This document shows positions 24,802 to 34,009 of a stretch of 38,123 bases of DNA, one piece after another. Under the pieces are notes generated by a model. The model did not search any database. It had not been told where the DNA came from and saw only the letters and a list, made by a program, of their open reading frames with translations. Position 1 is the first letter of the stretch. Each line of letters starts with the position of its first letter. Source of the stretch: Candidatus Wolfebacteria bacterium (GTDB lineage: Bacteria > Patescibacteriota > Minisyncoccia > UBA6257 > JAGOQP01); contig DAIEKJ010000002.1 in the NCBI GenBank assembly GCA_027350645.1, positions 1 to 38,123 of the forward strand. The letters are read 5' to 3'. A program made the position numbers and the translations under genes.

Positions 24802-25872
24802 TTACTGCTCCAAAAGAATGCGCAACTCCGACGGACTCAATGAATACGTTTCTGCATTTTCCATGCTGATCTCGCGGCGGCGCACCAGGTCGGCCAGCGA
24901 TTTATTAAGCGTCAGCATGCCCTCCTGGCTATTCGTTTCAATCACCAGATCGATCTGATACGTTTTGCGCTCGCGAATAAGATTGCGGATAGCCGCGTTG
25001 GTAATCATCACTTCGCACGTCGGAATGCGCCCCCCGTCAACGCGCGGGATTAAACGCTCCGAGACAATCCCCACCAGCACTGCCGACAACTGCGAGGCGA
25101 TCTGCCCCTGTTGTTCGGGTGGAAAACTATCGATGATACGATCAATGGTTTGCGCCGCCGAATTGGTGTGCAGCGTCGACATCACCAAGTGGCCGGTTTC
25201 TGCGGCAGTCAGCGCAGTAGCGATTGACGTAGAGTCGCGCATCTCGCCGATCATGATAACATCGGGGTCTTGGCGAAGAATAGAGCGCAATCCGTTTGAA
25301 AACGATTCGGTATCGCCGCCGACTTCGCGCTGAGAGATGATGCTCTTATCCTGAGAAAAGACGTATTCGATTGGATCCTCAATGGTAATAATGTGTTCGG
25401 TGCGCGTATGGTTTATTTCATCCAAAAGAGCCGCCAGCGTCGTTGACTTTCCATGTCCGGCCGGACCCACCACGAGAATAAATCCCTGCGCCAGTTTGGT
25501 AAAATCATGCAAAATAGGAGGAAGCCTCAGCTCCTCAAGGGTGCGCACTTGCGCGGGAATGAGCCGAAGCGCCGCGGCCAAAAATCCTTTTTGGTGGTAG
25601 ACATTGACTCGGAACCGAGCCTTGTCTTCAAACGCATAAGAAAAGTCAACCTCCAAATGCTGCTCAACAACTTGTTTTTGTTCGTCGGTCAGGAGCCCAA
25701 GAATCAACCCCTCCGCATCCTTTGGAGTCAGGATAGGATATTGCGTCAAAGGAACCAGAAGCCCGTCGATGCGCAGGGTCGGGTAACGCCCCACCCCCAA
25801 ATGCAAATCGGACGCTTCCTGCTTGGCGCACATTAAAAGCAATTCATTGAGCTGTTGTTTGTAGTCAGTCAT
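24802..25872 (-). CDS. pilT: Type IV pilus retraction ATPase
   Basis: It has Walker A GPAGHGKSTTL, ILRQDPDVIMIGEMRD, the His box LVMSTLHTNSAAQTIDRI and AIRNLIRE. At 356 aa it has no N-terminal GspE-N domain. Confidence 0.92.
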   Translation of the reverse strand: MTDYKQQLNELLLMCAKQEASDLHLGVGRYPTLRIDGLLVPLTQYPILTPKDAEGLILGLLTDEQKQVVEQHLEVDFSYAFEDKARFRVNVYHQKGFLAAALRLIPAQVRTLEELRLPPILHDFTKLAQGFILVVGPAGHGKSTTLAALLDEINHTRTEHIITIEDPIEYVFSQDKSIISQREVGGDTESFSNGLRSILRQDPDVIMIGEMRDSTSIATALTAAETGHLVMSTLHTNSAAQTIDRIIDSFPPEQQGQIASQLSAVLVGIVSERLIPRVDGGRIPTCEVMITNAAIRNLIRERKTYQIDLVIETNSQEGMLTLNKSLADLVRRREISMENAETYSLSPSELRILLEQ

Positions 25873-25935
25873 ATAAATAGTGATAGTACTATAGCACGCG
25901 GACCGATAAAAATAAATGCGTCTCTTTTAGCGCGA

Positions 25936-27675
25936 TTACAACGTCTCGGTTTCGCGCAAAACCGTCTCGATAGACACCAATCCGCCAAGAGCTTTGAGCA
26001 CGCCGTCCTGGCGCAGTGTTACCATGCGCTGCCGCCGCGCTTCGTCAACGATCGCGCTTTCCCCCTGGCGATCGGCAACGATTTTTTCAAGCTCATGCGA
26101 CATCTCCAGCATCTCAAAAAGCGCGATGCGGCCGGAAACGCCCTTCCCCTTGCACGCGTCGCACCCGGGCGATTCGTACACCGTCAACGCCTGTTCATCG
26201 ATCCCTTCTTTTGCCTCCGCCGGAACGTTTTTGAGCTCACTGCGAATAATGGCGGCGATTTCGTCCGTCGGCGACTTTGCTTTCTTGCATTCCTGACACA
26301 GACGCGGCACCAGACGCTGGCCCACCATCACATTAAGCGCCGCGGGAACCAAGAACGGCTCCACGCCCATGTCGATTAAACGGGGAATGACTCCAGCCGC
26401 GTTGTTGGTGTGGAGCGTTGAAAGCACGACGTGCCCAGTGAGCGCCGCATGAATCGCCAGACCGGCCGTTTCATTGTCGCGGATTTCACCGACCATGATG
26501 ACATCGGGATCTTGGCGCAAGATTTGGCGCAACCCGGAAGCAAAATCGTACCCGATCTCCGGATGAACCTGCGACTGGTTGAGCCCGTCCATGTAGTATT
26601 CAACCGGATCCTCCAAGCTGACGATATTGACTTCGTCTCTATTCAAAATCTGCATCAGCGCGTAAAGCGTTGTTGTTTTTCCCGAACCAGTCGGCCCGGT
26701 GATGAGCACCATGCCGTACGGCTTGGCAATTGCCTGACGCAAGGCAGTTTCGTTGCGCTCAATTAACCCCAGCTGGCCAAGCCCCTTGAGACCGACCGTT
26801 GGATCCAGAACGCGGATAGCGACTTTTTCTCCCACCGGCGTGGGAAATGTGGCGACGCGGAAGTCGATATCGCGCCCCATAAGCACCGTACGGAAACGGC
26901 CGTCCTGCGGGATGCGCGTTTCATCTATCTTTAGATTGGAAAGCACTTTAATGCGCGACACAATCGGCTGATGCAGTTCGATCGGCATGGACGCGGCCTC
27001 CTGCAGATCACCGTCCAGACGGAACCGGATGCGCATGCGGCTGCGCTGTGGTTCGATGTGGATATCGGATGCCTTTTCCCACACCGCCTCCTTTAGGGTC
27101 GAGGCCACGATGCGAATAATCGGCGCGTCTTCCGATCCAGTCGTCGTGCCACCCTCGATGGAAATGATTTTCTGCTCGAAGCTCATTTTTTTTGATGCGG
27201 CGGCGGAAATCGAGCGTACCGCCGCTTCAACCTCGCTACGATACGGCGAGTACTTGCGCAAAACAATTTCCCACAGCGACATGGGAATCAGATAGATGCC
27301 TAAATTCACCTTGTGCTCTTTACCGACAAAACGAAGCGCTTCCTGCGCTTTTTCATCATCCGGATTAACCATCCCGGCCACAAACAGATCGTCGTGCGCC
27401 TCAAGCGGAACCACTTTGTAGTTCCGAACCATCTCTTCGGGAATAAGCTTGAGTAAAGCATCCCCGATGCTCTCGGGGTCAACGGTCTTAAAGGGAACGC
27501 CAAGTATCTGCGATTTCAGACGAAGTAACTCGTCTTCGGGAACCGCGCGACGTTCGTATATCAGATCTTCAACGGGCCGCGCCGTCAGCGACGCCTCCTG
27601 CAAAAGCTTGCGTCCGGCATCTTCGCCCAACAGACCTCCGGAAACCAGCTGTGTGATAAGTGCCTTATTTTCCAT
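25936..27675 (-). CDS. pilB: Type IV pilus assembly (extension) ATPase, GspE/PilB family
   Basis: It has an N-terminal GspE-N-like domain, Walker A GPTGSGKTTTL, ILRQDPDVIMVGEIRD, VLSTLHTNNAAG and the tetracysteine motif CQECKK...CDACKGKG. Confidence 0.94.
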   Translation of the reverse strand: MENKALITQLVSGGLLGEDAGRKLLQEASLTARPVEDLIYERRAVPEDELLRLKSQILGVPFKTVDPESIGDALLKLIPEEMVRNYKVVPLEAHDDLFVAGMVNPDDEKAQEALRFVGKEHKVNLGIYLIPMSLWEIVLRKYSPYRSEVEAAVRSISAAASKKMSFEQKIISIEGGTTTGSEDAPIIRIVASTLKEAVWEKASDIHIEPQRSRMRIRFRLDGDLQEAASMPIELHQPIVSRIKVLSNLKIDETRIPQDGRFRTVLMGRDIDFRVATFPTPVGEKVAIRVLDPTVGLKGLGQLGLIERNETALRQAIAKPYGMVLITGPTGSGKTTTLYALMQILNRDEVNIVSLEDPVEYYMDGLNQSQVHPEIGYDFASGLRQILRQDPDVIMVGEIRDNETAGLAIHAALTGHVVLSTLHTNNAAGVIPRLIDMGVEPFLVPAALNVMVGQRLVPRLCQECKKAKSPTDEIAAIIRSELKNVPAEAKEGIDEQALTVYESPGCDACKGKGVSGRIALFEMLEMSHELEKIVADRQGESAIVDEARRQRMVTLRQDGVLKALGGLVSIETVLRETETL

Positions 27676-27684
27676 ACGGCAAAC

Positions 27685-27984
27685 CTATGGCGTTCCAAAG
27701 GGTTGACTGTTACCCGCGCCCACTGCCGGCTGAGCGGAAACCGATTGACGCTGGCCAGTGAACAACGGAGAGGAAACCACATCACTCGGGTTAAAATTCA
27801 AAGACGTTATGGCATCTATGGACGATAAGCCCGAATTGGGAAGCGCGGAATTGATGACGCCGGGCGAAACGAAAAACAGAAAATACACAGCGACAAAAAC
27901 AATCACCACCACCAAACCCACCAGGCCGGCGGTAAACCACTCGCCCCCTCCTCCGTGTTGTTCGTCGTTAATAACAATCGCCAT
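27685..27984 (-). CDS. Small single-pass membrane protein between pilO and pilB (hypothetical)
   Basis: It has an ATG start and the TM helix FTAGLVGLVVVIVFVAVYFLFFV, followed by a Ser/Pro/Gly-rich external tail. It is tightly packed, 20 nt after pilO and 9 nt before pilB. Confidence 0.55.
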   Translation of the reverse strand: MAIVINDEQHGGGGEWFTAGLVGLVVVIVFVAVYFLFFVSPGVINSALPNSGLSSIDAITSLNFNPSDVVSSPLFTGQRQSVSAQPAVGAGNSQPFGTP

Positions 27985-28004
27985 ACGTGTCGTCTTTTAT
28001 TACT

Positions 28005-28580
28005 TTAATTATCGGCTTGATAATAACTCGACACCGAAATCGTCCCGGTTAACGGCCCCGCCCCTGGCTGGCCGGTACTGCTGCTGTATGCCAGGTTAAT
28101 ATCGGTAACATCCATGAGAAGGAAATTGTTTTCGATGCCCTGCACAAACGTTTTAATCTGCCCGTACGTTCCGGCAACCTGCATATCGGCCCGCAAAACC
28201 ACAATGCTCTTGATGGCGGTTGTATTTGAAGGAAGAGAAGATGCCTTTTGAAGACTCACCGATGAAATAGCAAGTCCGCTCTGCTGACCAAGACCCATCA
28301 GCTGATTGGTAAAATTAGATATGTCGGGAGTCAAGGGCAAAATGAGCGAGGCGCGATCCTGAACCGACTGCCCCCCGGCCAGCGTTGCCGAGATGCTCTT
28401 CACTTTTCCCACCGTTGATTGATACTGGGTATATTGCTGTTGCTCTCCGGCCAGCGTCCCCCGCAAATTCATCAGATTGCCATATTCCGGGGCAAGGTAC
28501 GTCGAATACACAAAAACCGCCGCCATGAGAAAGACCAGCGCAAGACCGACAAAAACGATTCGCTTGGTTGAGGCTTTCAT
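28005..28580 (-). CDS. pilO: PilO-like pilus alignment protein
   Basis: It has an N-terminal TM helix, a coiled-coil segment, then LPLTPDISNFTNQL...LRADMQVAGTYGQIKTFVQGIE, typical of PilO. Its position after pilN also fits. Confidence 0.7.
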   Translation of the reverse strand: MKASTKRIVFVGLALVFLMAAVFVYSTYLAPEYGNLMNLRGTLAGEQQQYTQYQSTVGKVKSISATLAGGQSVQDRASLILPLTPDISNFTNQLMGLGQQSGLAISSVSLQKASSLPSNTTAIKSIVVLRADMQVAGTYGQIKTFVQGIENNFLLMDVTDINLAYSSSTGQPGAGPLTGTISVSSYYQADN

Positions 28581-28586
28581 ATAAAA

Positions 28587-29171
28587 TTAATTTTGCATAA
28601 ACGTACCAGCGGCAAAAGTAACGGTCGCCGAAAAAGCTCCCGATCCGGCACCCGATCCCGATTTGAAAGAATTAACCATAAAACTGGCAACCGCCGGATC
28701 CTGTTCCCACGCCGAACTCTGCTGCACTAATGTCTGCCACGAAGGCGCCGTACCAGCGAGTATCATCGCACCCGACAGTATGCTGAACTGAACATTGGTG
28801 ATACGCACCGACGGAAGCGTGTTTTTTTCCAGTTCGCCAAAAAGCTTCGACGCGATAACGTGTCTCTTGTTCAGCTGACCAATATTGTAGAGCTGTGAAA
28901 AAAGCGATAGGTCCGCCGATTGGCTCCCCTGGCTCACCTCGTTCTCAACCTGTTTGAGCTGGGCATCTTGATTGGCGATTTGCCCGTTGATGTATGGTTC
29001 ATACCCAAACGCCATCCCAGCGTAGATAACCAGTACTAAAACAAAAACAACAGCCGAAGCGATCAGCAGCCGCCACGGCGTTCCCCCGCCGCTGGAAAGA
29101 TCCCGCGCGGTCATCCGTGTTCCCGGAGGAGGCGCAATCGGCGATCCGTAATATTGTTGATTGTCAGCCAT
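28587..29171 (-). CDS. pilN: PilN-like pilus alignment protein
   Basis: It has a short cytoplasmic N-segment, the TM helix WRLLIASAVVFVLVLVIYAG, a coiled coil (NQDAQLKQVENEV) and a ferredoxin-like C-domain pattern. Its position after pilM also fits. Confidence 0.7.
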   Translation of the reverse strand: MADNQQYYGSPIAPPPGTRMTARDLSSGGGTPWRLLIASAVVFVLVLVIYAGMAFGYEPYINGQIANQDAQLKQVENEVSQGSQSADLSLFSQLYNIGQLNKRHVIASKLFGELEKNTLPSVRITNVQFSILSGAMILAGTAPSWQTLVQQSSAWEQDPAVASFMVNSFKSGSGAGSGAFSATVTFAAGTFMQN

Positions 29172-29285
29172 AAATATAGTTACCTTCGTTCCACTCGCAT
29201 TCGTATAAAATTTTTTCCCAACGCGTTTCGGTTATTGTACACCCCTTAAGCAAAAGAAACAAATACGACAACCGGAAAATGAAAA

Positions 29286-30368
29286 CTATGACAGCAGACT
29301 CTTGATCGCCAGCCCCGTCGCAATCGAGAATCGCGTCTTGAGCTCCGGAACCATCATTCCCAGCTCCTGAGGAACATCAACATACAAAAGTCCGTTGCCG
29401 GGAACGACGGGAATGCCCAACCGCTGTTCCGCATATGTTTCAATCCCCGCCAAGTTTGCTCCGCCACCAACCACCATCACCCGCTCCGGCGCGGCGCCAA
29501 GAGTATCAATCGCTTTCTGACGCGCGCGCTGCACTTCGTTGAGTATAACATCAACAAACGGTATTTCCAATGTGGATAACTCAAGCTCTCCGCTTCCGCC
29601 AAGCATGCCGATACGGCGCTTCAACTCTTCGGCGCGTTTGTAACTCACCGACAGGCCGTTAGCGATGGCGTCCGTAATGGAATCGCCTCCGTAGTCGATT
29701 TGAGTATTGCTTTTTAAAAATCCCTTCTCAACAATACTGATGTTGCTCGACCGCGCGCCGATATCAAGAATAATCGTCGGCGTTTGATCGGTCCCAACCA
29801 ATGCCCGCGAATAAGAAAGCGTCTCGACTTCCAGCGCGCGCAACGCAAGGCCCGCGATTTTAAACGCCGCCTTAAAACGCGCAATAATCTCGTTGGGGAT
29901 GGCAATAACAAGGACTTGTTGCTTCACAAACCCGTTCGCGTCGTCCCGCTGGCCCACCCGCACCCAATCAACGGCGATTTCGGAGAGCGGGAGCGGAATG
30001 TTTTGTTTAATCTGAAACGGCATCGCTTTTTCCGTTTCGGCCTGCGACATGTCGGGAATCTCTATCATCGTCGTGAACGAGGCAAAGGATGGAATCGACG
30101 CAATCGCATTGGTCGCCGAAAAATGCGTCCGCGTGACAAGCAATTTTAGAAGTTCACCGGCCTCCTTTTCGGAAATGCGCAGTGAGTTCGCCTGAATAAC
30201 ACTATTGGGGCGCTCAAAAACGGGAACTGTCTCCAAGAGACCGTAATTGGTTAGGCGCGGGTTGGCGTTGGAACGCGACAGCTCTATCGCCTTTATCGAC
30301 GTCGTGCCGATATCAACGCCGATATATGAACCAACCGAAAACGCTCGCGTAAGAAAATCAAATGCCAT
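29286..30368 (-). CDS. pilM: PilM, actin-like ATPase of the type IV pilus alignment complex
   Basis: It has the phosphate-1 motif GVDIGTTSIKAIEL, ILDIGARSSNISIV and VVGGGANLAGI. It is the first gene of the pilus operon. Confidence 0.88.
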   Translation of the reverse strand: MAFDFLTRAFSVGSYIGVDIGTTSIKAIELSRSNANPRLTNYGLLETVPVFERPNSVIQANSLRISEKEAGELLKLLVTRTHFSATNAIASIPSFASFTTMIEIPDMSQAETEKAMPFQIKQNIPLPLSEIAVDWVRVGQRDDANGFVKQQVLVIAIPNEIIARFKAAFKIAGLALRALEVETLSYSRALVGTDQTPTIILDIGARSSNISIVEKGFLKSNTQIDYGGDSITDAIANGLSVSYKRAEELKRRIGMLGGSGELELSTLEIPFVDVILNEVQRARQKAIDTLGAAPERVMVVGGGANLAGIETYAEQRLGIPVVPGNGLLYVDVPQELGMMVPELKTRFSIATGLAIKSLLS

Positions 30369-30374
30369 ACAATG

Positions 30375-30380
30375 AGTATC
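30375..30380 (-). promoter_or_regulatory. Candidate -10 box (GATACT) 6 nt upstream of the pilM ATG
   Basis: The minus strand reads ttttttataGGATACTcattgtATG, with an AT-rich upstream tract and no SD. Confidence 0.3.
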
Positions 30381-30435
30381 CTATAAAAAATACATACGGG
30401 CGTTGCGTGCATCGCGCACAACAGCCATATTAGAG

Positions 30436-30441
30436 TATACT
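30436..30441 (+). promoter_or_regulatory. Candidate -10 box (TATACT) 7 nt upstream of the comF ATG
   Basis: The plus strand reads tagagTATACTcatttttATG, with no SD. It lies in the 80-bp divergent spacer shared with pilM. Confidence 0.4.
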
Positions 30442-30448
30442 CATTTTT

Positions 30449-31189
30449 ATGACCATGGGCAATCGCGCCATCCACAATGACTCGCCGCTCTTTTTAAAAC
30501 GCGCGGCGGAAAAAATTGCCGACGCCTTTTTCCCGCCCCGTTGCATCGCGTGCGGTCACGCCATCGCGCACCAGCGCGCGTTCCTCTGCGCCGCGTGCTT
30601 TGACGCCATCGAACTCAACAGCGCCTGTTATTGTCCAATCTGCCTGGGGCGCATCGGCGACCCGCGCCATCCATGCCACCGCAACGCGGACTATCTCCTG
30701 GCGCCGGCGACCTTTTACAAAGATCCCGTTCCAGCAATCATCCATTGCCTCAAGTACCAAAAGCTGATTGGCGTTAGCACGCTGGCAAGCGCGCTTCTTA
30801 TCGCGCACCTGAACCGCGCCGCCGTGCCGCCGGACCAATGTCTTTTTGTCCCCATACCGCTCCACCCATCCCGAGAGCGCGAGCGCGGATTCAATCAGGC
30901 GTTTCTCTTGGCGCAGTCGTGCGCAAATTACTTTAACCGTCCGCTTGCCGATGCACTTACTCGGATCGTAAAGACAAAACAGCAGGCATCATTGCGCGAC
31001 GCAATGCAACGACACACCAATGTCGCCGGCGCGTTTACCCTCAATCCGTCCGTCTCCGTGCGCGGCGCGACGATTATTCTTGTCGACGACGTTTCAACGT
31101 CGGGCGCCACGCTTGGCGCCGCCGCACGCGCGCTGAGGGCCGGCGGCGCGCGCCGCGTCATCGGCGCCGTTATCGCCAAAGCCCAATAA
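30449..31189 (+). CDS. comFC: ComF family protein (ComFC-type; zinc-ribbon plus phosphoribosyltransferase-like domain)
   Basis: It has Cys pairs CIACGH...CAAC and CPICLGRI, the ERGFNQA motif and the PRT loop TIILVDDVSTSGATL. Confidence 0.88.
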   Translation: MTMGNRAIHNDSPLFLKRAAEKIADAFFPPRCIACGHAIAHQRAFLCAACFDAIELNSACYCPICLGRIGDPRHPCHRNADYLLAPATFYKDPVPAIIHCLKYQKLIGVSTLASALLIAHLNRAAVPPDQCLFVPIPLHPSRERERGFNQAFLLAQSCANYFNRPLADALTRIVKTKQQASLRDAMQRHTNVAGAFTLNPSVSVRGATIILVDDVSTSGATLGAAARALRAGGARRVIGAVIAKAQ

Positions 31190-31229
31190 ACTGCGCGCCG
31201 TTCCCCAAGGTTCGCGGAGCGCGCACGTT

Positions 31230-31261
31230 AAAAAAAGAGGCCGACTCAGGCGCTCTTTTTT
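31230..31261. terminator. Bidirectional terminator between comF and the convergent 77-aa gene
   Basis: AAAAAAA-GAGGCC-gactca-GGC(g)CTC-TTTTTT. The stop codon of 31246..31479 lies in the loop. Confidence 0.55.
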
Positions 31262-31479
31262 GTCCGCGCATACATTACCGCGCTGATGCCAAAGGCAAGA
31301 GCAAAAAATATCGCCCCGTAAAAACACGCCGTCATAAACGGATTAGTCGCTCCCGGCGTGCAACCAAAACTGTTGCTCCGCAAACCGAGCCATCGATACA
31401 ACTCAATACCGAAATTCGTCCACGCAAACAACGTACCGACCAACAAAAGATAAAATTGTGCGGTAATAAGTTTTTTCAT
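31246..31479 (-). CDS. Small two-TM membrane protein with a Cys pair in the connecting loop (hypothetical)
   Basis: MKKLITAQFYLLLVGTLFAW...GCTPGATNPFMTACFYGAIFFALAFGISAVMY. It has an ATG start and a terminator at its 3' end. Confidence 0.55.
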   Translation of the reverse strand: MKKLITAQFYLLLVGTLFAWTNFGIELYRWLGLRSNSFGCTPGATNPFMTACFYGAIFFALAFGISAVMYARTKKSA

Positions 31480-31563
31480 ATACGTGCGTACCTCGTACGT
31501 ACTTTATAGTATGGGACAGAAAATGTTTTCCGGCAAGAAATTCTCTTTTGCCACAGCCACGCC

Positions 31564-31592
31564 ATATAAGTCCCGCAAAGCGGGACTTATAT
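31564..31592. terminator. 13-bp perfect hairpin after the DUF5666-like gene
   Basis: ATATAAGTCCCGC-aaa-GCGGGACTTATAT has a GC core and AU-rich flanks. It lies 27 nt downstream of the stop at 31619. Confidence 0.4.
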
Positions 31593-31618
31593 TATTTAGG
31601 GAGAGCTCCCCGCCGGTC

Positions 31619-32032
31619 TTAACGGCCGATCGGCGCCCCCAATTGTCCCTGCGGACGCACCTGGATCGATTGCGCGGTCATGCTGCCGTCAGAATTGCTC
31701 GTGCCGATAATCACAACATCTTTTTGCGCGGAAAGATCGGCGATTGAGCCAACGGTCGTGGTAAGCACCGGCGTAGTCGTTGAATAGAAGATCACCTGCG
31801 AACTGCCATCGCGCAATTGCACGGTCAAACTGGATGGATCGACAGAAAGAATCGTTCCATTTACCATCCCCACTCCGGCCGTTCCCTGCCCCGCTCCAAA
31901 CGTCCGCCGTCCGGCGGTTCCCGTGCCAAAACTCGCCGCCTGATTCTGCGGCTGATGAACAACGTAGCCGATACCAAAACCGACAACCAACGCGATCACA
32001 GCGATAAGAATGCTTGTTTGATTTTTTTTCAT
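31619..32032 (-). CDS. Membrane-anchored/secreted small protein with a DUF5666-like beta domain
   Basis: It has an N-terminal TM/signal anchor (SILIAVIALVVGFGIGYVV) and a Gly-rich linker. The domain reads GTILSVDPSSLTVQLRDGSSQVIFYSTTT...KDVVIIGTSNSDGSMTAQSIQV. Confidence 0.6.
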   Translation of the reverse strand: MKKNQTSILIAVIALVVGFGIGYVVHQPQNQAASFGTGTAGRRTFGAGQGTAGVGMVNGTILSVDPSSLTVQLRDGSSQVIFYSTTTPVLTTTVGSIADLSAQKDVVIIGTSNSDGSMTAQSIQVRPQGQLGAPIGR

Positions 32033-32078
32033 AATATAATACTAGATGAAGAGTGTTTCTCCGTACGATTAAAAATAA

Positions 32079-33317
32079 TTATTCATACCGAAGCGCATCG
32101 ATCGGATTGAGACGCGCCGCGCGCCGCGCTGGATAATAACCAAAGACAATACCGATGCCCGCCGACACGCCAAACGAGAGCAGAACCGAAAAGATCGACA
32201 CCTGCGTCGTGAGTCCGGCAAACATTGCCAGAATCCACGATGCCGCCCATCCGGCAATCACTCCTATCGCCCCGCCGATAAAGGTCAGCGCCGTTGCCTC
32301 CATAAGAAACTGGTAGGAAATGTCGGTGCGTTTCGCGCCGATCGCCTTGCGCAGTCCGATCTCGCGCGTGCGCTCGGTGACGGTGGTGAGCATCATATTC
32401 ATGATGCCGATTCCTCCCACCACCAGGGAAATGCCGGCGATAGACGCCAGGAGCATCGTGAACGTATTGGTAACCGTTGAAGCGGTCGCGACAATATCCG
32501 CCTGGTTTTGCACGGTAAAATCAGCAAGCGTGGGATCGCTGATATGGTGCCGTTGCAGCAAAAGATTGGTCACCTGCTGCTGTACCGACGCCATCGAAGC
32601 GGCGTCTTGAGCCGAAACGGCAATGGTGCTGACATACGGCTGTCCGTCGGCATTGGGCCCCACCAAATAATGTTGCGCGACCGATATCGGGATGAATATC
32701 ATATCATCTTGATTGAAAAATCCGCTCCCTCCTTTTGACTGCGTCACGCCGATAACATTAAACGAAATGCCATTAATGCGAAGCGTCTGCCCGACCGCAT
32801 CGGCGCCAGTCCCGAAAAGATCGTCGCGCGTCGTGGGACCGATGACGGCAACTTTGGCCATGCTGGTTACCTGCTGATCGGAAAGAAACGATCCGCTCTC
32901 CATGGTTACGTTGCGCACCGTCGGATACTGGCTCGTCGTCCCCACCACCTGGGTATTCGTGTTCGTGCCCTTGGCAGTGACTTGATACCGTTTTGACAAT
33001 TCCGCGTCGATCGCCTGGATCGGCGTCACGGTTTGCGCGATCGCCTCCTCGTCGGCCATCGTTAGGGTTTGCGAACTCCCCAATCCGCCGCTCACCTCAA
33101 CTCCCGGGCCGCGTTGCGCTCCCGGACTTACCACAATAAGGTTGGATCCGATGGACTGGATATTTTGCTGGATGCTTTCCTGCGATCCCTGCCCGATGGC
33201 GACCATCGCAATCACCGATCCCACGCCGATAATAATTCCCAGCATGGTCAGAAACGACCGCACCTTGTTGGCGGATAAAGCCCAATACGTCTCTTCAAAA
33301 AAATCGGCAGTGGTCAT
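32079..33317 (-). CDS. ABC transporter permease, MacB/FtsX family
   Basis: It has an N-terminal TM, a large extracytoplasmic (MacB-PCD-like) domain and three C-terminal TM helices. It ends ...YYPARRAARLNPIDALRYE, typical of the FtsX/MacB family. It overlaps the ATPase gene by 4 nt. Confidence 0.9.
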   Translation of the reverse strand: MTTADFFEETYWALSANKVRSFLTMLGIIIGVGSVIAMVAIGQGSQESIQQNIQSIGSNLIVVSPGAQRGPGVEVSGGLGSSQTLTMADEEAIAQTVTPIQAIDAELSKRYQVTAKGTNTNTQVVGTTSQYPTVRNVTMESGSFLSDQQVTSMAKVAVIGPTTRDDLFGTGADAVGQTLRINGISFNVIGVTQSKGGSGFFNQDDMIFIPISVAQHYLVGPNADGQPYVSTIAVSAQDAASMASVQQQVTNLLLQRHHISDPTLADFTVQNQADIVATASTVTNTFTMLLASIAGISLVVGGIGIMNMMLTTVTERTREIGLRKAIGAKRTDISYQFLMEATALTFIGGAIGVIAGWAASWILAMFAGLTTQVSIFSVLLSFGVSAGIGIVFGYYPARRAARLNPIDALRYE

Positions 33318-34009
33318 ACGCGCGGTGTGTTTGGTTTATCGCTCACAATCGATCCGTCCCGGATATGAATAATGCGACGCGCGTGTTCGGCAACATCCTG
33401 CTCGTGCGTAATAAGAACAATCGTGCGCCCCCTTTTATTCAAGTCGGCAAATGTTTGAAGCACCACTTCGCCCGTCTTGGTATCCAGGTTTCCCGTCGGT
33501 TCGTCGGCTAAAATAATCGTCGGATTATTCACCAACGCCCGCGCGATAGCGACGCGTTGCATCTGTCCTCCCGACAGCTGGTTTGAGTAATGGGAAAAGT
33601 GCGCCTCGTCCAACCCAGCCGCCAGCAATGCTTCCCGCGCCCGCGCTTCCCGCTCGCGCCGCGGCACCTCCAGATACATCAGCGGCAACATCACATTGCG
33701 AATGACCGTCGCCCGCGGAAGAAGATTGAACGCCTGGAAAACAAATCCGATTTTTTCCTTGCGGATATCGGCCAGCTGATCCTCGGAGAGCGTTGAAACA
33801 TCCTTGCCGTCAAGAAAATACTTCCCGCCGGTGGGAGAATCGAGCGCGCCCAAAATGTGCATCATCGTCGACTTTCCCGATCCGGATGGCCCCATAATAG
33901 CCACAAACTCTCCATCGTCCACGCGAAACGAAACCCCCTTCAACGCATAGGTCTCCACGTCTCCGCTCTGATACCGTTTGGAAACATTTTGTATTTCAAT
34001 CATACGCAT
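33314..34009 (-). CDS. ABC transporter ATP-binding protein (MacB/LolD-type)
   Basis: It has Walker [10 protein letters not shown], the Q-loop, the signature [15 protein letters not shown], Walker [12 protein letters not shown] and the H-loop ITHE. Confidence 0.95.
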   Translation of the reverse strand: MRMIEIQNVSKRYQSGDVETYALKGVSFRVDDGEFVAIMGPSGSGKSTMMHILGALDSPTGGKYFLDGKDVSTLSEDQLADIRKEKIGFVFQAFNLLPRATVIRNVMLPLMYLEVPRREREARAREALLAAGLDEAHFSHYSNQLSGGQMQRVAIARALVNNPTIILADEPTGNLDTKTGEVVLQTFADLNKRGRTIVLITHEQDVAEHARRIIHIRDGSIVSDKPNTPRV

